62,440 nucleotides of DNA, from the NCBI GenBank assembly GCA_023231475.1, contig JALJEE010001778.1, forward strand, positions 1 to 62,440. The letters run 5' to 3'. The stretch comes from Seison nebaliae. Lineage: Eukaryota. A program made the translations under genes and the position numbers. The notes beneath the pieces are model-generated. The model saw only the letters and a program-made list of their open reading frames with translations. It was not told the origin of the DNA and did no database searches. Of this stretch, positions 1 through 14,064 are shown piece by piece (the stretch's first letter is position 1; each line of letters starts with the position of its first letter).

Positions 1-128
1 TTCAAATTTATCTCGTCATTCGCCTCTTGAATAATAGTATCAACCATTGTCTGCGTGAGATTCTCAGTTGGCAAACTGAGATCGTCCTCCGCTTCTTCAT
101 TAGCTTTATTATTTTTTATAGTTGACAT
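1..128 (-). CDS. 5' end of an unidentified gene running off the window edge (MSTIKNNKANEEAEDDLSLPTENLTQTMVDTIIQEANDEINL...)
   Basis: Open frame from ATG at 128 to the edge with coding-like composition; divergent from Chibby. Confidence 0.45.
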   Translation of the reverse strand, partial: MSTIKNNKANEEAEDDLSLPTENLTQTMVDTIIQEANDEINL

Positions 129-545
129 GTCAAAAAAAAAAATTTTTTTTCAAATTTTTGAATTTCCTTGAATTATTTTTTTATAAAAATTTTACCCCCT
201 TCTTGATAACTCTTCATGAAGATATAAGGCAATTAAAAAGCTTAAAATTTTAAATTTTTATACTTAAATATCTCGAAAAAAAATTGATAAATTAAAAATC
301 GGAAAACACTACGATGTTTAAAATCATCGTTTTAATATATATGTTAATTCTTAGGAGAAAAAAAAAATGTTCCATGACACACCAATGAGACTTTTACCAA
401 CTGTCCGATTACTTTTGAATAGAGAGTTTAATAATTTTTTTATACATGTGATCATTTAAAATCTGACATAGTTGAGCTAAAATTTTGAAATAAATATAAT
501 CCTCATAGTTTAAATTTTTGTCGGTCAAAAAACCTAATTTGATTC

Positions 546-559
546 ATCGTTATGGTAAC
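546..559. promoter_or_regulatory. RFX X-box upstream of Chibby
   Basis: ATCGTT-AT-GGTAAC fits the RTHNYY-WT-RRNRAC X-box consensus, 80 nt upstream of ATG 639. Confidence 0.6.
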
Positions 560-638
560 AAAAAATCCCATTTATATATTAGAAAATATTTATATTTCCC
601 TCAGTTCCTTTTCCAACTTTTTAATTCAAGTTCAAGAA

Positions 639-1004
639 ATGAATTCAGTTTTTAGTTGTAACAAATTTACATTAAAACCGATTAAAGCAAGGAAAAAGAC
701 ATCAAGAAGTAATTTGCAATTTTCGGCCAAGCAACGGAACGAAGAATTTGGAGAAGATATTCCAGAGAATATCGATTTAAAATTAAATAATACCTATTAT
801 AGTTTCGACAATAAATCTTTATCTTGGATATGTGAAGGAAAAGAATTACCATCATATAATAAACGGGCATCGAATGAAAATTTGACCAAAGCCCAACAGG
901 AAATTATATCAACGAAAGAAGAAAATAATCTCCTAAATATGAAATTAGAAGTCGCACTACATATGATGGCTGAATTAAAAATGGAGCAAGATTTATCCAA
1001 ATAG
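639..1004 (+). CDS. CBY1: Chibby homologue (basal body/ciliogenesis protein, beta-catenin antagonist), single exon
   Basis: Motifs NKFTLKPIKARKKTSRSNL and KEENNLLNMKLEVALHMMAE resemble Chibby FSPKKTPPRKSASLSNL and EEENNLLRLKVDILLDMLSE. The upstream ATG at 552 lies inside the X-box, so 639 is the preferred start. Confidence 0.8.
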   Translation: MNSVFSCNKFTLKPIKARKKTSRSNLQFSAKQRNEEFGEDIPENIDLKLNNTYYSFDNKSLSWICEGKELPSYNKRASNENLTKAQQEIISTKEENNLLNMKLEVALHMMAELKMEQDLSK

Positions 1005-1534
1005 GAAATAATTTAAAATTCAATTGCTCAAACTGGGATTATCAATGAAGAAAAATTGACATCTTAATTTTAAATTGTTTATTTTAACTTTTAAAATTAT
1101 TTTCTGTTCCTTAAAAAAATACATTACTTTCTTCCAAAATATTCATAGGAATATTCCGATTTTAATTTATTTCATCCTCTCATTCGTGATACTCTCATTG
1201 TAATAAAATTATATTTCCTGTTTTCACACCTGTCATCTACAATTCGTTCATTAATAACTTATCTTATTCATAAATTATCAGATCATATTTTCCGAGACTA
1301 CATTAAAAATTTTATTTAAATTTTAAATTTAAACTTTTCAAGATGTTATAAGAAATTGATCTTATCATTATTATGATGTTGAACTAGAGGAAGAGTTTAC
1401 ACATTTAATAAAACATAATAGAAGTTTATGTTTAGTAGATTTAAGAGGTCATTGTTTGAAGTTCTTTATGTATTGTTCATAAATTTTATAATTAATTTTA
1501 AACGAAAGATAGTTTGTATATCAGTATTTCAATT

Positions 1535-3958
1535 ATGATTTATGTGACTCTTCCTATTCTGATAAGTTTAATGGTATGTTTAGTTGAAGGAAATAGGGAA
1601 TCTAATACTCATCGATCATATTATCATTCATATACTAATATAGGAGTATGTCAACGATTTATTAACAATACTGCCGTACTTGGATGTGGTGGTGTATTTC
1701 CTAAACGATATGAAGGTTTATATATTCCATTTTTACGATTAGAAATGATGGATTTAATTGTATCGCGATTAAACAGTACGTATCACAAATTTTCAACGAT
1801 TGCTTTTATTCCAGCTCATCGTGAAATATTTCATCGTCTTCTGACATTTGCCAACACTATTCAATTAAATGGAATTGTAATAGTTTCTTCAATTGAACAA
1901 ATTGGATATCTGATGGATTCAGATTACTTTGAAAGACTTGAAAAAAACAATTATCCATTTACGATTTCTTTGTTCAATAACGCTTCGGAATATTTTCGAC
2001 CGGGAACTAAACGATGTTCCAAAGGTGATAGTAATCCAGTGGAATGTCTGTCAATTGATGACTTTCTATTGAAAGAACAAGTCAATTTTCCTGTTTTTTT
2101 TATTGAAGATCCAAAAATAATCGACAACATTTCTGTTGATTGTTTCATGTCTAAAGGAATAGCTTCCAAAGAGAAAGTATTATTTCTTGATTGGTTCCAA
2201 CATCCAAAAGCAGACGAATATCTCAAGAATATTAAAGTTAAAAAAAGGAACACTCTATGTCATGTATGGTTGAAGAATCATCATCATGCAGCTTTACCAG
2301 TCAAAAGGACATTGGCGCGTAATGAACATTCTCAAAATATTCAAATATTTTTTTCTAACACAAATATTGAAGAACTTGCCAAGTATTATCCCTGTGCTAT
2401 TTCAATTCGTATTTTATATAAGAATTATACTTTTAAAAAAGATATTATTGAATTAGATATAGAACCGAATCATCAACGATTAGTTATAATTGTCCCATAT
2501 AAGATATTTTCAATTTTTAGTGGGAAATATATAAAGAATGATTTAGGAACAATTCGAATGATACTCTCGTTATATCTATTAAAACAAATACCTCCAAATT
2601 ATGCAATTCTTCTAATGTATATCGGATGTGATATAAAAAGTTTTGTCGGAACACAATTACTTTATCGAATCTTAAACGGCGAACCATTTACTTCGTCAGG
2701 ATATTCATTAAAAAATATTTTTAATTTGGCAAATATTGATCATATCTTCTATTTGGATGCACCATTCTTTCTCGACGATTATACGAAAGAAGAAAACCTT
2801 ATCAAATTTAAATCCATTAAAATTTCGTCGAAAAAACGATTTTACCAAAATATTAAAGAATATTCTCCAATCGATTATTTATTTGATTTTATCAGACAAA
2901 CGACCGATGTTAACCATAAAATGATTTTGACAACATACTATTCTCAAATCAAACATTCAAAACCGATATTCAACGATCATTTTTCATTCGATCTGATAAA
3001 AAGTCGAATTCAAATGGCAAGATATTTTTCACAAAAATTAAATTTAGGAAACTCAACAACTTCATTTACAGCTCCATCATTCTTCCGATTGCCTGGAATT
3101 TTTATTCAAACTTTTCTCTCTCATTTACAAGGTGAAGTTAAGGCAGATTATGATGATGAGTATATCACAGAAGATCAAAAATTTATCGATATGCCAACTG
3201 GAGAAGATGATTTGGATGATTCTCTTTTCTTATGTTTCTTCTTTACGTCTGACTGTTTACAATATCATCTCGTAAAAGAAAAGAAGAAGAAACGGAAGAA
3301 ATCTTTCAAATTTTTCAAATATGATTCCGATGATAAATGGAATGGAGATTATTTAAGATTAAAAAAAGATTATTATACGGATTTGAAGAATTGGGTTCAA
3401 AATGAAGATGATTGGCAATTAAGATCACCAATTCAAATATGGAATGATAAGAACATTGTAGATCAATTAATCAATTATTACAGTTGTTCTTCCGAAATAA
3501 AAATTACAAATTATTTGAAAGATGAGAAAATCAGTTACAATTTCAATAACACCAATTGTGTCCAACCATTTTTCATAAAAGATGGGAAAGAAGTATATTC
3601 TAAACTATTATACAATAATTCATTTGCAGCACATGAAAATTTCCACGAAATAGATCTGTACGATAATCGTATTTGTTGTTATTCACTAACTCCTCTTAAA
3701 CTGAGTGATATCTCCTACAAACCGTTAGGAATGAGTGCAATGTCTAAATATGAATTCGGATCATCAACAGTCCTTGATATTTGGATGATGAGTGCGATGG
3801 ATAAACAAAAATTATTTACTTATATGAAAATATCGAATCCTAGAGAGAAATTAGTCCTTGCTAGCGGTTTAGTCTGGTTACTTGCAATAATGTTGTTCTT
3901 TGGAGCTGTTAAATATCTGACAAAATCTCGTTACAGAGATAAACACATACCAATGTAA
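1535..3958 (+). CDS. Highly divergent nicastrin-like type I membrane protein, intronless
   Basis: Signal peptide. N-terminal CQRFINNTAVLGC resembles nicastrin CVRLLNATHQIGC; SFVGTQLLY sits at the DYIGSSRMVY position. C-terminal YEFGSSTVLDIW...REKLVLASGLVWLL TM resembles YEWSSTEYSTW...ELITLTVGFGIL. Confidence 0.7.
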   Translation: MIYVTLPILISLMVCLVEGNRESNTHRSYYHSYTNIGVCQRFINNTAVLGCGGVFPKRYEGLYIPFLRLEMMDLIVSRLNSTYHKFSTIAFIPAHREIFHRLLTFANTIQLNGIVIVSSIEQIGYLMDSDYFERLEKNNYPFTISLFNNASEYFRPGTKRCSKGDSNPVECLSIDDFLLKEQVNFPVFFIEDPKIIDNISVDCFMSKGIASKEKVLFLDWFQHPKADEYLKNIKVKKRNTLCHVWLKNHHHAALPVKRTLARNEHSQNIQIFFSNTNIEELAKYYPCAISIRILYKNYTFKKDIIELDIEPNHQRLVIIVPYKIFSIFSGKYIKNDLGTIRMILSLYLLKQIPPNYAILLMYIGCDIKSFVGTQLLYRILNGEPFTSSGYSLKNIFNLANIDHIFYLDAPFFLDDYTKEENLIKFKSIKISSKKRFYQNIKEYSPIDYLFDFIRQTTDVNHKMILTTYYSQIKHSKPIFNDHFSFDLIKSRIQMARYFSQKLNLGNSTTSFTAPSFFRLPGIFIQTFLSHLQGEVKADYDDEYITEDQKFIDMPTGEDDLDDSLFLCFFFTSDCLQYHLVKEKKKKRKKSFKFFKYDSDDKWNGDYLRLKKDYYTDLKNWVQNEDDWQLRSPIQIWNDKNIVDQLINYYSCSSEIKITNYLKDEKISYNFNNTNCVQPFFIKDGKEVYSKLLYNNSFAAHENFHEIDLYDNRICCYSLTPLKLSDISYKPLGMSAMSKYEFGSSTVLDIWMMSAMDKQKLFTYMKISNPREKLVLASGLVWLLAIMLFFGAVKYLTKSRYRDKHIPM

Positions 3959-4280
3959 TAATATATTAGTTTTTTCTTTAATTTATCAAATTCAATAAAA
4001 GATATGAGTTTTAATGGAAGAAAAAAGCTCTCGAAAAAATTATTTCTCAACTTCTCACTTCGTCAATTAAACGAATTTTATGTTGAGGGAAATTTCTTGG
4101 GAACTCGTTTTGAATGAACTCGTTTGAGGTTGTAAGAGTTTTGAAGAGGAGAAATATACTCTACTAAAATGGAATTGATTAATTAACTTTTAAAAATTGA
4201 AAGCCAAATATTTAAAACAGATAATTTTCGATAATTTCTTTGTGACAGTTTTCTCATATAATTTGATCAAAGCTGATACT

Positions 4281-6751
4281 ATGGAAACGTATAATTTCCA
4301 AAATTTCCGATTTCAGTCTGTAAAAATGATGGTTTTTAAAGCACCTTCAGATTATGATGATAATGATGATGAATTATCCAACTCAGATGATGACAGTAAT
4401 TTCCCGACAATTCCTAATACGACTAGATCAATTAAGCAGCCTTTATCCAGTTCTGACTCATCAACTACATCTGATTCTGATATTGAGACAAAATCATCAC
4501 CGAAACATGTAGAATCGGCGAGAACTAAGAGTACCCTCGATGTGATCATGGAGCAAAGAAACAAGTTACCCGCTACGACTCGAACCGAAATAGTGAAAAT
4601 AGTTGAAGATAGTCCCAGGACTCCAAAGAAACCAATTTCTAAATCGGTACCAGCTACTGGAAGAACCGCTTCCAGTGCCAGTCCGAAACGAAAGAGACAT
4701 GGTATAAAGGAAACTCTTTCGAAATTGAGATTTAGAAGATTTGGTTCAAAAAAAAATTCTAAAGAAAATATCTCAACAAATCGATCAGATTTGACGCTGA
4801 ATATACCGGAAACACCGAAAAGTGCAATGAAGAAAAAATCGTCTAAAGATTTCTCATCAAAATCTTTACGATCGATTTCTGAAGATCAGTTGAATAAAAA
4901 TATTCCCTACGAATATCATGACGTTAATAATGAGAATATATTAAAGTTTTTTCAATATTTCCATAATAAATTTTTCAATAATTTCTTTTTATTTTATTTA
5001 GAGAATTTCAGCGATCACTCTCTGAGGAACAGATTCCGAATGTTGTCAATCGTCAATTTCTCAATTCTCATTATCGTGAGAGAGTAATGAGAAATAATGA
5101 AATTTCACAAAATGAAATTACAGATTTGTATAATCGATTGAATAACGCTGAATTGAAATCAGAAGACAATTATCGAAAGTTTGCCGAATGTTTACAGGAG
5201 AATGCTCAATTGGAGAATCGAATAAGTGAATTGAAAGAAATGCAATCACCATTAGCGAAAATATTTGAAGAGAAATTATTAGAATTACAGAAAGATTATT
5301 ATTATCAATTGGAAAAGTTTGAGAAGGAGAAAGAGGAAGTGAATGAAGAATTGGCGAAAGAGAAAGGGAAAGTAATTCATTGGAAGAATGAAGTAGTTGG
5401 AATTACAAATCGTTATGAAGATCGTGAAGAACGTTTGAAAACGATGCAAAACAAGTTAGACAAATTGCAAAGTAGTCGTTTCAATGAAAATGATTATTTG
5501 GATGATATGAATAACAATTTGAAACATATGCAAGAACAATTATTAAAATCAGAGAATCGATGGAAAACTGTCAATGAACAATACGAGAAAGTAATGAAGG
5601 AGAATGAAAGATTAATTGTGCAATTGAATAAGAAGAAGAGTGATATGGAACATTATCAGAAGAAAGAACATAAATTGGAAGAACAGATTATTCATTTGAA
5701 TAAAAATTTATTTGAAATGAAGAATGAAAATGGGAAACAAAGAGCCGAATTATTTCAAGTGAAGAACAAGGAAACGATTCTCTTAAACGAAGCAGTGAAA
5801 GTTACGAATGAACAAGTTGCGTATAATAACGCGTCAAATGGTATCGCTCTTGATAAATTACAAACGGAATTGAAAAAAAGTCAAAATATAGCACAACAAG
5901 CAGCAATGCAATTACAACGATTACGACAAAATGAAAATCGATTGAACAGTGAAATTAAACGATTACATCACCGTTATCATCAAACAAGAGAAGATCATTC
6001 GAGAGAATTACAATCACTCGAAAGTCGTTTAATGTCTTTGAAAAAATCGAACGATTCAATGGAAATGCGTTTCGATAAATTATATGAAGAGAAACGTCGT
6101 GCTGATAATACAGTTAGCGAATTGAAGACTGCACTCACCGATTTACAAGAGAAATACAAGTCGAACATGTCAACGAATAAGGAGCATGAATTAAATGTAG
6201 AAATTTCTTTATTGAAACAACAAATGACGTTCTTGGAAAATCGTTGTCAAACCAAAAAATCTGATTATGAGAAAGAGTTATCGTGTGCAGAGGAGAAAAA
6301 TAATTCGTTAGAAGATCAATTGAATGATTTAAAACGAGAACATGATTTAAAGGAATTAACATGGCAACGTATTTCACAGAATGGTGACGAAGATTTACGA
6401 AAACAATTAACTCAAAGTAAAGTATTATTAGACAAGCAGAAACAGTTGTCATCAAAATATCGAATGGAATGTGAAAACTTACAAAAGTTGATGAAGGAAC
6501 ATTTAAATCGTTTTGAGAGCGAACGATTATCTTTATCAACTAAAGTGAAGATTATGAACGAACACCTTACAAAGAAATCATTGGAATGTGAAAAATCGAA
6601 AAAAAGAATTAAGTCGTTGGAAAATGAAAAGGATCAGAAAGATCTTTCTTTAGAGTCGGCCACTGCGCAAATTCAACAGTTGGGCAAACGTTTAACAGAT
6701 CAAAAGTTGAATGAATATTTAAGAATACTTAAAACAAATCAAAACGTTTAA
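4281..6751 (+). CDS. Long coiled-coil protein with Ser/Lys-rich N-terminus, possibly SCLT1/SDCCAG8-like centrosomal protein; intron 4946-5001; start codon uncertain
   Basis: ORFs 4197 and 5087 are joined in frame by a 56-nt GTT..TAG intron. The C-terminus LLDKQKQLSSKYRMECENL...SATAQIQQL loosely resembles SCLT1/SDCCAG8 tails. Confidence 0.55.
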
Positions 6752-6841
6752 CGAGAATAATTTGTTTTATTTGTTTTATTTCTCATGATAATTTAAATTT
6801 GAAAATAAATTTCAGTTTATAAAAATTAATATTAATAACTA

Positions 6842-7747
6842 TTAAATACATAATTGATGACTGAAACAATCATGAATTAAATGGTTCATAATCGAATTCT
6901 CATTGAGATCATCAACATTATCATCGAGTGATCGCTTTTTCTTTTGGTTAATTGTTGTCACTAATCCAGTTAACGTTTGAATTAGTTTATTAGCATTATG
7001 TCTAAAACAGAAGAAAAATTACATTAATCGATAATTGGAAGAAGAAGAAGAGACCTTAAAGACATCGATTGAATTGGTTGATCCATATTTCTAGTGATAC
7101 TCTCCGTATAATCATCGATCGTCTCCACCATATTCTGCGTCTTAATTTCTAAACCATGAACTATGTTTTCTGCCAAATCAACAACTTTCAAATCGCTCGT
7201 TCTCAATAGATTCTCTAATACTGCTCGTTCTGCCTCAATCATTCGACCTTCTCGATCTTGTTCGACGAACATACTTTCTAATAATCAATTCAAACAACAT
7301 AATAGAATTTTAATTGGAACTTTAACAATTTTAACTTATTTTCCGTTTATCAGATGAAGGAGAATATCTTCTATATCTAAACTTATTTAACGTGTGATCG
7401 ATAATCGAATTATAAGTATTATTCGATTCAATCAACATCTCTTCAAGGAAACATTCCAACGCTTCGTTCGAGTTCTTTTGCAACGACAAAATAGTATCAG
7501 CCATCGAATATTGTAATTCTCTGATGTAGTTATAAAACTCATATTTTTCTTTTAACAAATAAAATACTTCAATGAATTCTGTCGTATTTATTCCATAATT
7601 ATCCAAAATAAATTTATCAGTTAATGAAAATGATTTCGATTCCATCCTTAACATCTTCTTTATCAACGAATTCCATCGATAATAAATGATGGGAAGAAAG
7701 AGAATGATGGAAATAAGAATGGTGCGAGTTAAATTAGAAAAATTCAT
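6842..7747 (-). CDS. Uncharacterised ~264-aa protein with N-terminal TM/signal anchor; introns 7278-7335 (GTT..TAG) and 7002-7054 (GTC..TAG)
   Basis: Three exons join in one frame (795 nt); hydrophobic segment ILISIILFLPIIYY; no family recognised. Confidence 0.55.
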
Positions 7748-7922
7748 TTTAAGGTAAATTTATGTAACTGTAAAAAAAAACTGGAAATGAAAAGCAAAAG
7801 AAGAAAATGAGATTTTTTCGAATAAAATTTTTTTATCATTCTTTCAATTTTAATCTGTTTTTAGCACATTTTTTTAAAATCAATCTATGTCACCAATGTC
7901 TTCACATCTACAAATTTCCAGT

Positions 7923-10336
7923 CTAAGCCACATATTCTATCCGATTCTTATCGATCAACCTCAAATATTCTTTCTCGATCAATATATCGATGCACTTCTT
8001 GATGAATTGAGAGGGTGGGGAGAATCTCACTTGCAATTGTTTAGTCACATCAGTTATAATCGAATCGCTTTCCATAATTTTCCTCGATTTCATCAAACGG
8101 ATAATCGACGCTTCAACTTCATGTTTCCTATCTTCTTCTACTTTCTGATCGATTTCTTTCCTTTCTGGTTCCGTTTCTAATTTATAAGTTAACTAAAATA
8201 TTAAAAAATTTCCAATTTTTCAATTTTAAAAAATTTTTTCTAACTTGAGTTATTTTCACACGTTTACTTTTACTAACGAAATTCGTATTAACTCCAATAG
8301 TTCCTAAAGAGAAATTTGAATATTAGAAAAACTTTTAAGAAATGAGCGAATTTGAAGAGAAAACCATTGTCATCTTTGCCTGTTGAGATTAAGATAGGTT
8401 GAGGTTTACATTTCCTTAATGATGTAATGGCTCTCATGATTTCGATACGTTCCAATTTTGTCATTTCTTCCAATTGATCGATTGATAATTGGGAATGTTC
8501 GTTAAATAACATTAAGAGAACCATTTGTGAAGTGGAGACACCAATCAATTCATATGTCGTTTCGTCTGTTTTTGGTGCTTTCCCACTTGATTGAGAATTT
8601 AATGAGTGAAATTTTGCTGTCATTTCAACTGTACCTTTATCACTTCGAATTGTCAATACTCGTCCGTTATGTTTCTCTAAATAGAAATTTTTAAATTCTG
8701 AAAATGCTTTCTCTGCCACTTTTGGCAAAATGACTTTGTCATTTGTTCCTCTTGTTACTGGCCATAATCCGGTAGTGAGAACGCGACAAGAGAATCCTAT
8801 TGGTAATTCAATATGTTCCTCTTTCAATGCTTTTGCAAAGATCTTCGATGTTGATTCAGATAATGTTATATCTTTAAACATTCCTTCTAATTTCGATGTG
8901 AATTGACAACCACATTCAGTTTTCAATTTGGAGATCATACTATTCTCCGCTTCATCATTCAATGTTTTCGAGATGAGTAATCGTTTTCCCAAATGTAATT
9001 TATAATATCCTTCGAATGCATCTTTTGCTTCCAAATAACGGAAAAGTATCATCGATTTATTTAAAATCTCTTCCAAATGTTGATCGTTGGGATCGAATCC
9101 CTTCACTCCTTTCTTCAATTTATCATCAATGAATAATGAGAGATATTCTGGCGTTCTCTTATTCATATTAATAAACTTTTCAAAATCTCTGTTAATTTGT
9201 TGCATAAAAATTTTGTCTTTTTTAAATGATTGTTCGAGAAAGATAGTAAATCGATCACGGAAATCGATAAGAGATTGAATATAAACCACTGGTTCAACTT
9301 TCGATTCAGATTTTGATGCTAATTCAATACCTTCCTCTTGAATGTATTTCGACAATGCTTCACACATTGACGATATACCATTAGGTACCGTTTTCAATAA
9401 CGTGTACATTAAATTTAACATATCTGTATGATTGAACTTCAACATGAAATAGACACCCGAATTTGGCATATCAATAATTTGTTGAAGATGATTACTAATC
9501 AATTCTTTCTCTAACACTTTCACAATGAATTGTTCGGTGGATGGATCTAAATATAATTTAGCACGACATTTCTCTTCATCGAAACGTTCGCGAACATTCC
9601 TCAAATATCTCGACGCGTTTTCAAATGCGATGTAACGTAATGCTTCTGATCGATAGAATTCTTCAGATTGCTTCAAAAATGGTTCCTCAAAATTTATTCG
9701 ATAAACATCTCTCGTTTCGATGCCTAATGTCATTAACATCTTACACGATTTGAGAATGACTTCTCGATTAATTCTTCCATTTTTCCTCTCACGATCAATT
9801 TGATTTAATAAAGTTTTTGTAAGTGTCGGCGCAATTCGATCATTTCCAATAATATAATTACGAAATAATTTATAGCCGATATGCTCCACCGAATCCAATC
9901 GTCGTTGTCTCAAATATTTCTTATCGAGATACATGAGAATATCTTTAATCATTCCCAATGACATTTTGTAATTGTGAAATGATTCGTTCAATTCTTGAAG
10001 GAAATTCTTCGAATTTGTCGTAATCATTTTCAAAATTTTCGGACAAACTTCTTTCAACAAATATTCTTTAATTGTCGTTTGTAATCCATTATACAATTTA
10101 TCACCAGCCTTATTAATGACCATGATATAACCATTACGATATAATGTCTCGAAACTGAGAAGATCATTATTCTGATTTAAAATCTCACGAATCGCCGTTT
10201 CCAATATTTGCCATTTTTCTTCAATTTTATCAGCTGTTAAAAGAGGAGGTCCGAATGGAATATTCATCGATCGATCACCACCTCCAATTGTTGAAATTTG
10301 TGATAATGGTCGATTATTCGTCTTCGTTTCTGACAT
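7923..10336 (-). CDS. CUL3: Cullin-3; introns 8304-8364 and 8193-8244
   Basis: LSFETLYRNGYIMV, PEYLSLFIDDKLKKGVKG and MISKLKTECGCQFTSKLEGMFKD. The spliced last exon supplies the neddylation domain EDRKHEVEASIIRLMKSRK...IEYVA*. Confidence 0.95.
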
Positions 10337-11733
10337 CTTCTTTAATGATCAGTACGATGAATTGTATTGATCGAATGATAATTGTCGAGATATTTCAATT
10401 TATCTGGAGACGGAAAAAAATGAATAAAAATTCTTTCGAAGAATTCAACACGAACAGAACGAAACGAATAGTCTCATTCAAATGAAAATAGAAAGTTGAG
10501 ATTAACTCGTTAAGTCGAATGAAAAATACAAAATAAAAATTCCTATATGAAATCCAATAGCTACAACTCTTTTTCTTCCAATAACATACAATCGTATTCT
10601 GTTAATGAAAATATATGAAAGGAAAATTGGAAGTTATCGAAAATCAAAATTAATTTTTAAAAAATTTTATTTTTACATGAAATTATTTATCATGAAAATT
10701 TTGATTGAAAATTTAAATAATATTCAAAATAGTGATAAGAAGAACTTTCTAAATATTTGCATATTCTCAAGAATTCTCAAGACTCTTTTTTTTTAAAAAA
10801 AGAACAAATTATTAGTAAATTTGGTAAAATTTTTAATTTTCAATTTTCATTAAATTACATAGAAAATGATAGAATGACCATTAATAAACATTAAAGGAAA
10901 AGATTTAACTAAAGAATAATAAACAAAAGAAGAATAAGGTGTGATGATTAACCGATTAATTATTATGAGCTGAATCGAAAGGAAGGTCTCTGACTTATAA
11001 TGACTTGTTAATGAAATTGAATGTTAGACAAAGATGAGAAAAGTTTTAAATAATTAGAATGTTTTTGAGAAGGATGATGATGAGAGAATTGAATATTTTG
11101 AGGGGGTAGAAAGAAGCAATTAAACAAATTGATTGCCTTCCTCACCGAATAAAAAAGAGAAATAATCTTTACATATTATTCGCCATGTCCATCTTTCATA
11201 GAGAATTTACTTGATTCTACTTCTCAAGTTAAAATGAATGCTTAAAATTCAAAATATAATTCTTCTCAAAATACTTTGTAAAGTCGTCCCATCAAAAAAC
11301 AATTTATAATTCACTTTTCTAATTCTAATTATTACGTATCATAAATTATGTAATATGTTTGTGTTGTAAAATGTTGAAATGTATCGAAAAAAAAATTTTT
11401 ATTTTTCTCAAATTTTTCGATAATAATTAACTTCGAACTTCTCTTGTTATTGTTGTTGTTATTATTAGTATTATTTCATTAACAAATAAAAAAGGGAATA
11501 TCTGTAAGGAATGATTTGGATGAGGGAAGACAAATGAATTTTTTTCCCAAACAATTCTATTATGATAATTCTTTTTTAAATAAGATTAAATTATATGTAT
11601 ATAATAATGATGATAATGTTGGATAGAATAGATGATTGGATTGACTCTCAATTCCGAGAGGCTAACAATAAAGAAAGTTGAGAGGAATTTAGTTTAAATA
11701 AAACAGAAAAAATATATGACAAGATCAAATGAA

Positions 11734-12508
<775 letters not shown>

Positions 12509-14064
12509 TAGTATGAATGTGATATGTTTATTTGATAAATGAGGAAATTTGATTGAAGTAGATTAAACAGAATTGTTATTGGCAGTCTTTTATGATTAAT
12601 TTAAGTGAAAAATCGCAGATAAAAATTATGAATTCATTAAACTTCATTCAACGAATACAACTCATCAAACAACCAAAAAATGATTTTGTTGTTAAGTAAA
12701 TCATAGTTCAAGATATTTAGATGAGCAAAACAATTACTAAGAAAGACTTAATTTTTTTTCTAAGAAATATTCAAATGTTGTAGCTGAAATTATATTTGTT
12801 CTATATTTTATTGAAATTTTAACATGGTCTTATAATCTCTCTTCTATTACACGATTGACCAATCTTCAACAAATTGGATGCATCGTCAAACGATGAATAA
12901 CGTTAATTCAATTGTTTATTAGATAGAAGGAGAAATTCTGCATTATTCCTTTCTTTCATTCATTTATCCATCGATCACTTCGTTCAGGAAAGCAATATTT
13001 TTCTATTACAATTTACGTCTCTATCGGCTTAGTTGAGAGAATATTTGAATTGAATATATTTTTATTTGTAGTTTTCTCACTATTTCTCTGTCAGTTATGT
13101 CGTGTCAAGAGTCATCTTATTGATTATGAGATTAATTTTTTATTAATCTCATAATTCATTAGAATTGTTAGAAGAAATAATGGAAAATGATTAATAAAAA
13201 TATTTTGTCCATCCTTAAAATATTTTCATTTTTTTAATAATGTAAAAGGACGATTAATAAAATCAACGAAAATGATTGTCATAACAAATATTGTATCTCT
13301 ATCGATAATGTGTCATGTAATAACGTTTATTTATTAATTTTATAAATAATCAGAGATGGAGATGTTTATGAGACGAGTAAGAAGAAAATGGACATCTCCC
13401 ATTAGGACAGTTGGACATTAAGTTGGCCTAGTAGAAAGAATGAGATGAATGAGATGAATTGTCTTGTATAAAAGGCTTATGTGATGTGGGTATGATGCAT
13501 ATGGTCGATAGAGAAATATTTGGGAAGAAGGACTATTATGTGGGGAAGAATGAATGTTTGAATATAATCGCACGCACATACCACATAAGAGAAATATGTT
13601 ATGTACACTCCTTCAGCTTATACATCTAGTAAAATGAGGGATGTCTTTGTGTGATGGGTGAGGAGGAAGGGACTACATAGTGAAATGTTTGAATCTCTAA
13701 CGACCAGAAATATCTGTATTTCTTTTTTAAATCTTCGTATAAGTATATTAGTGGGAGATAGAATGAGATGACGAGTAGATAATTGTTGAAGTCGAAGCTT
13801 TCCTTCATGTTGGGAAGTGATGAGAAATATTAGGAAAAAAACAATTTTTTTGATATAAATCGAATTTATTCAACGTATAAAAACGAAGAAATTAATTCTG
13901 TTTTTATGGTTAGACAAGAATAACGTTCGTTCAGAATATTCACACCGATTGATAAGTGAACGAGAAGTTTATTGAGAAGAAGAGTTTTCATAAAAAAGAA
14001 TATCATCAATCAGTATTGGGAGGACAAGAATTACGATAAAAAGAACGAATTTCATTAGAAGAGA

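Noticed and set aside
8288..8364. Apparent C-terminally truncated CUL3 (pseudogene?)
   Set aside because: Two GTT introns restore the full neddylation domain; the ORF tail is intron read-through.
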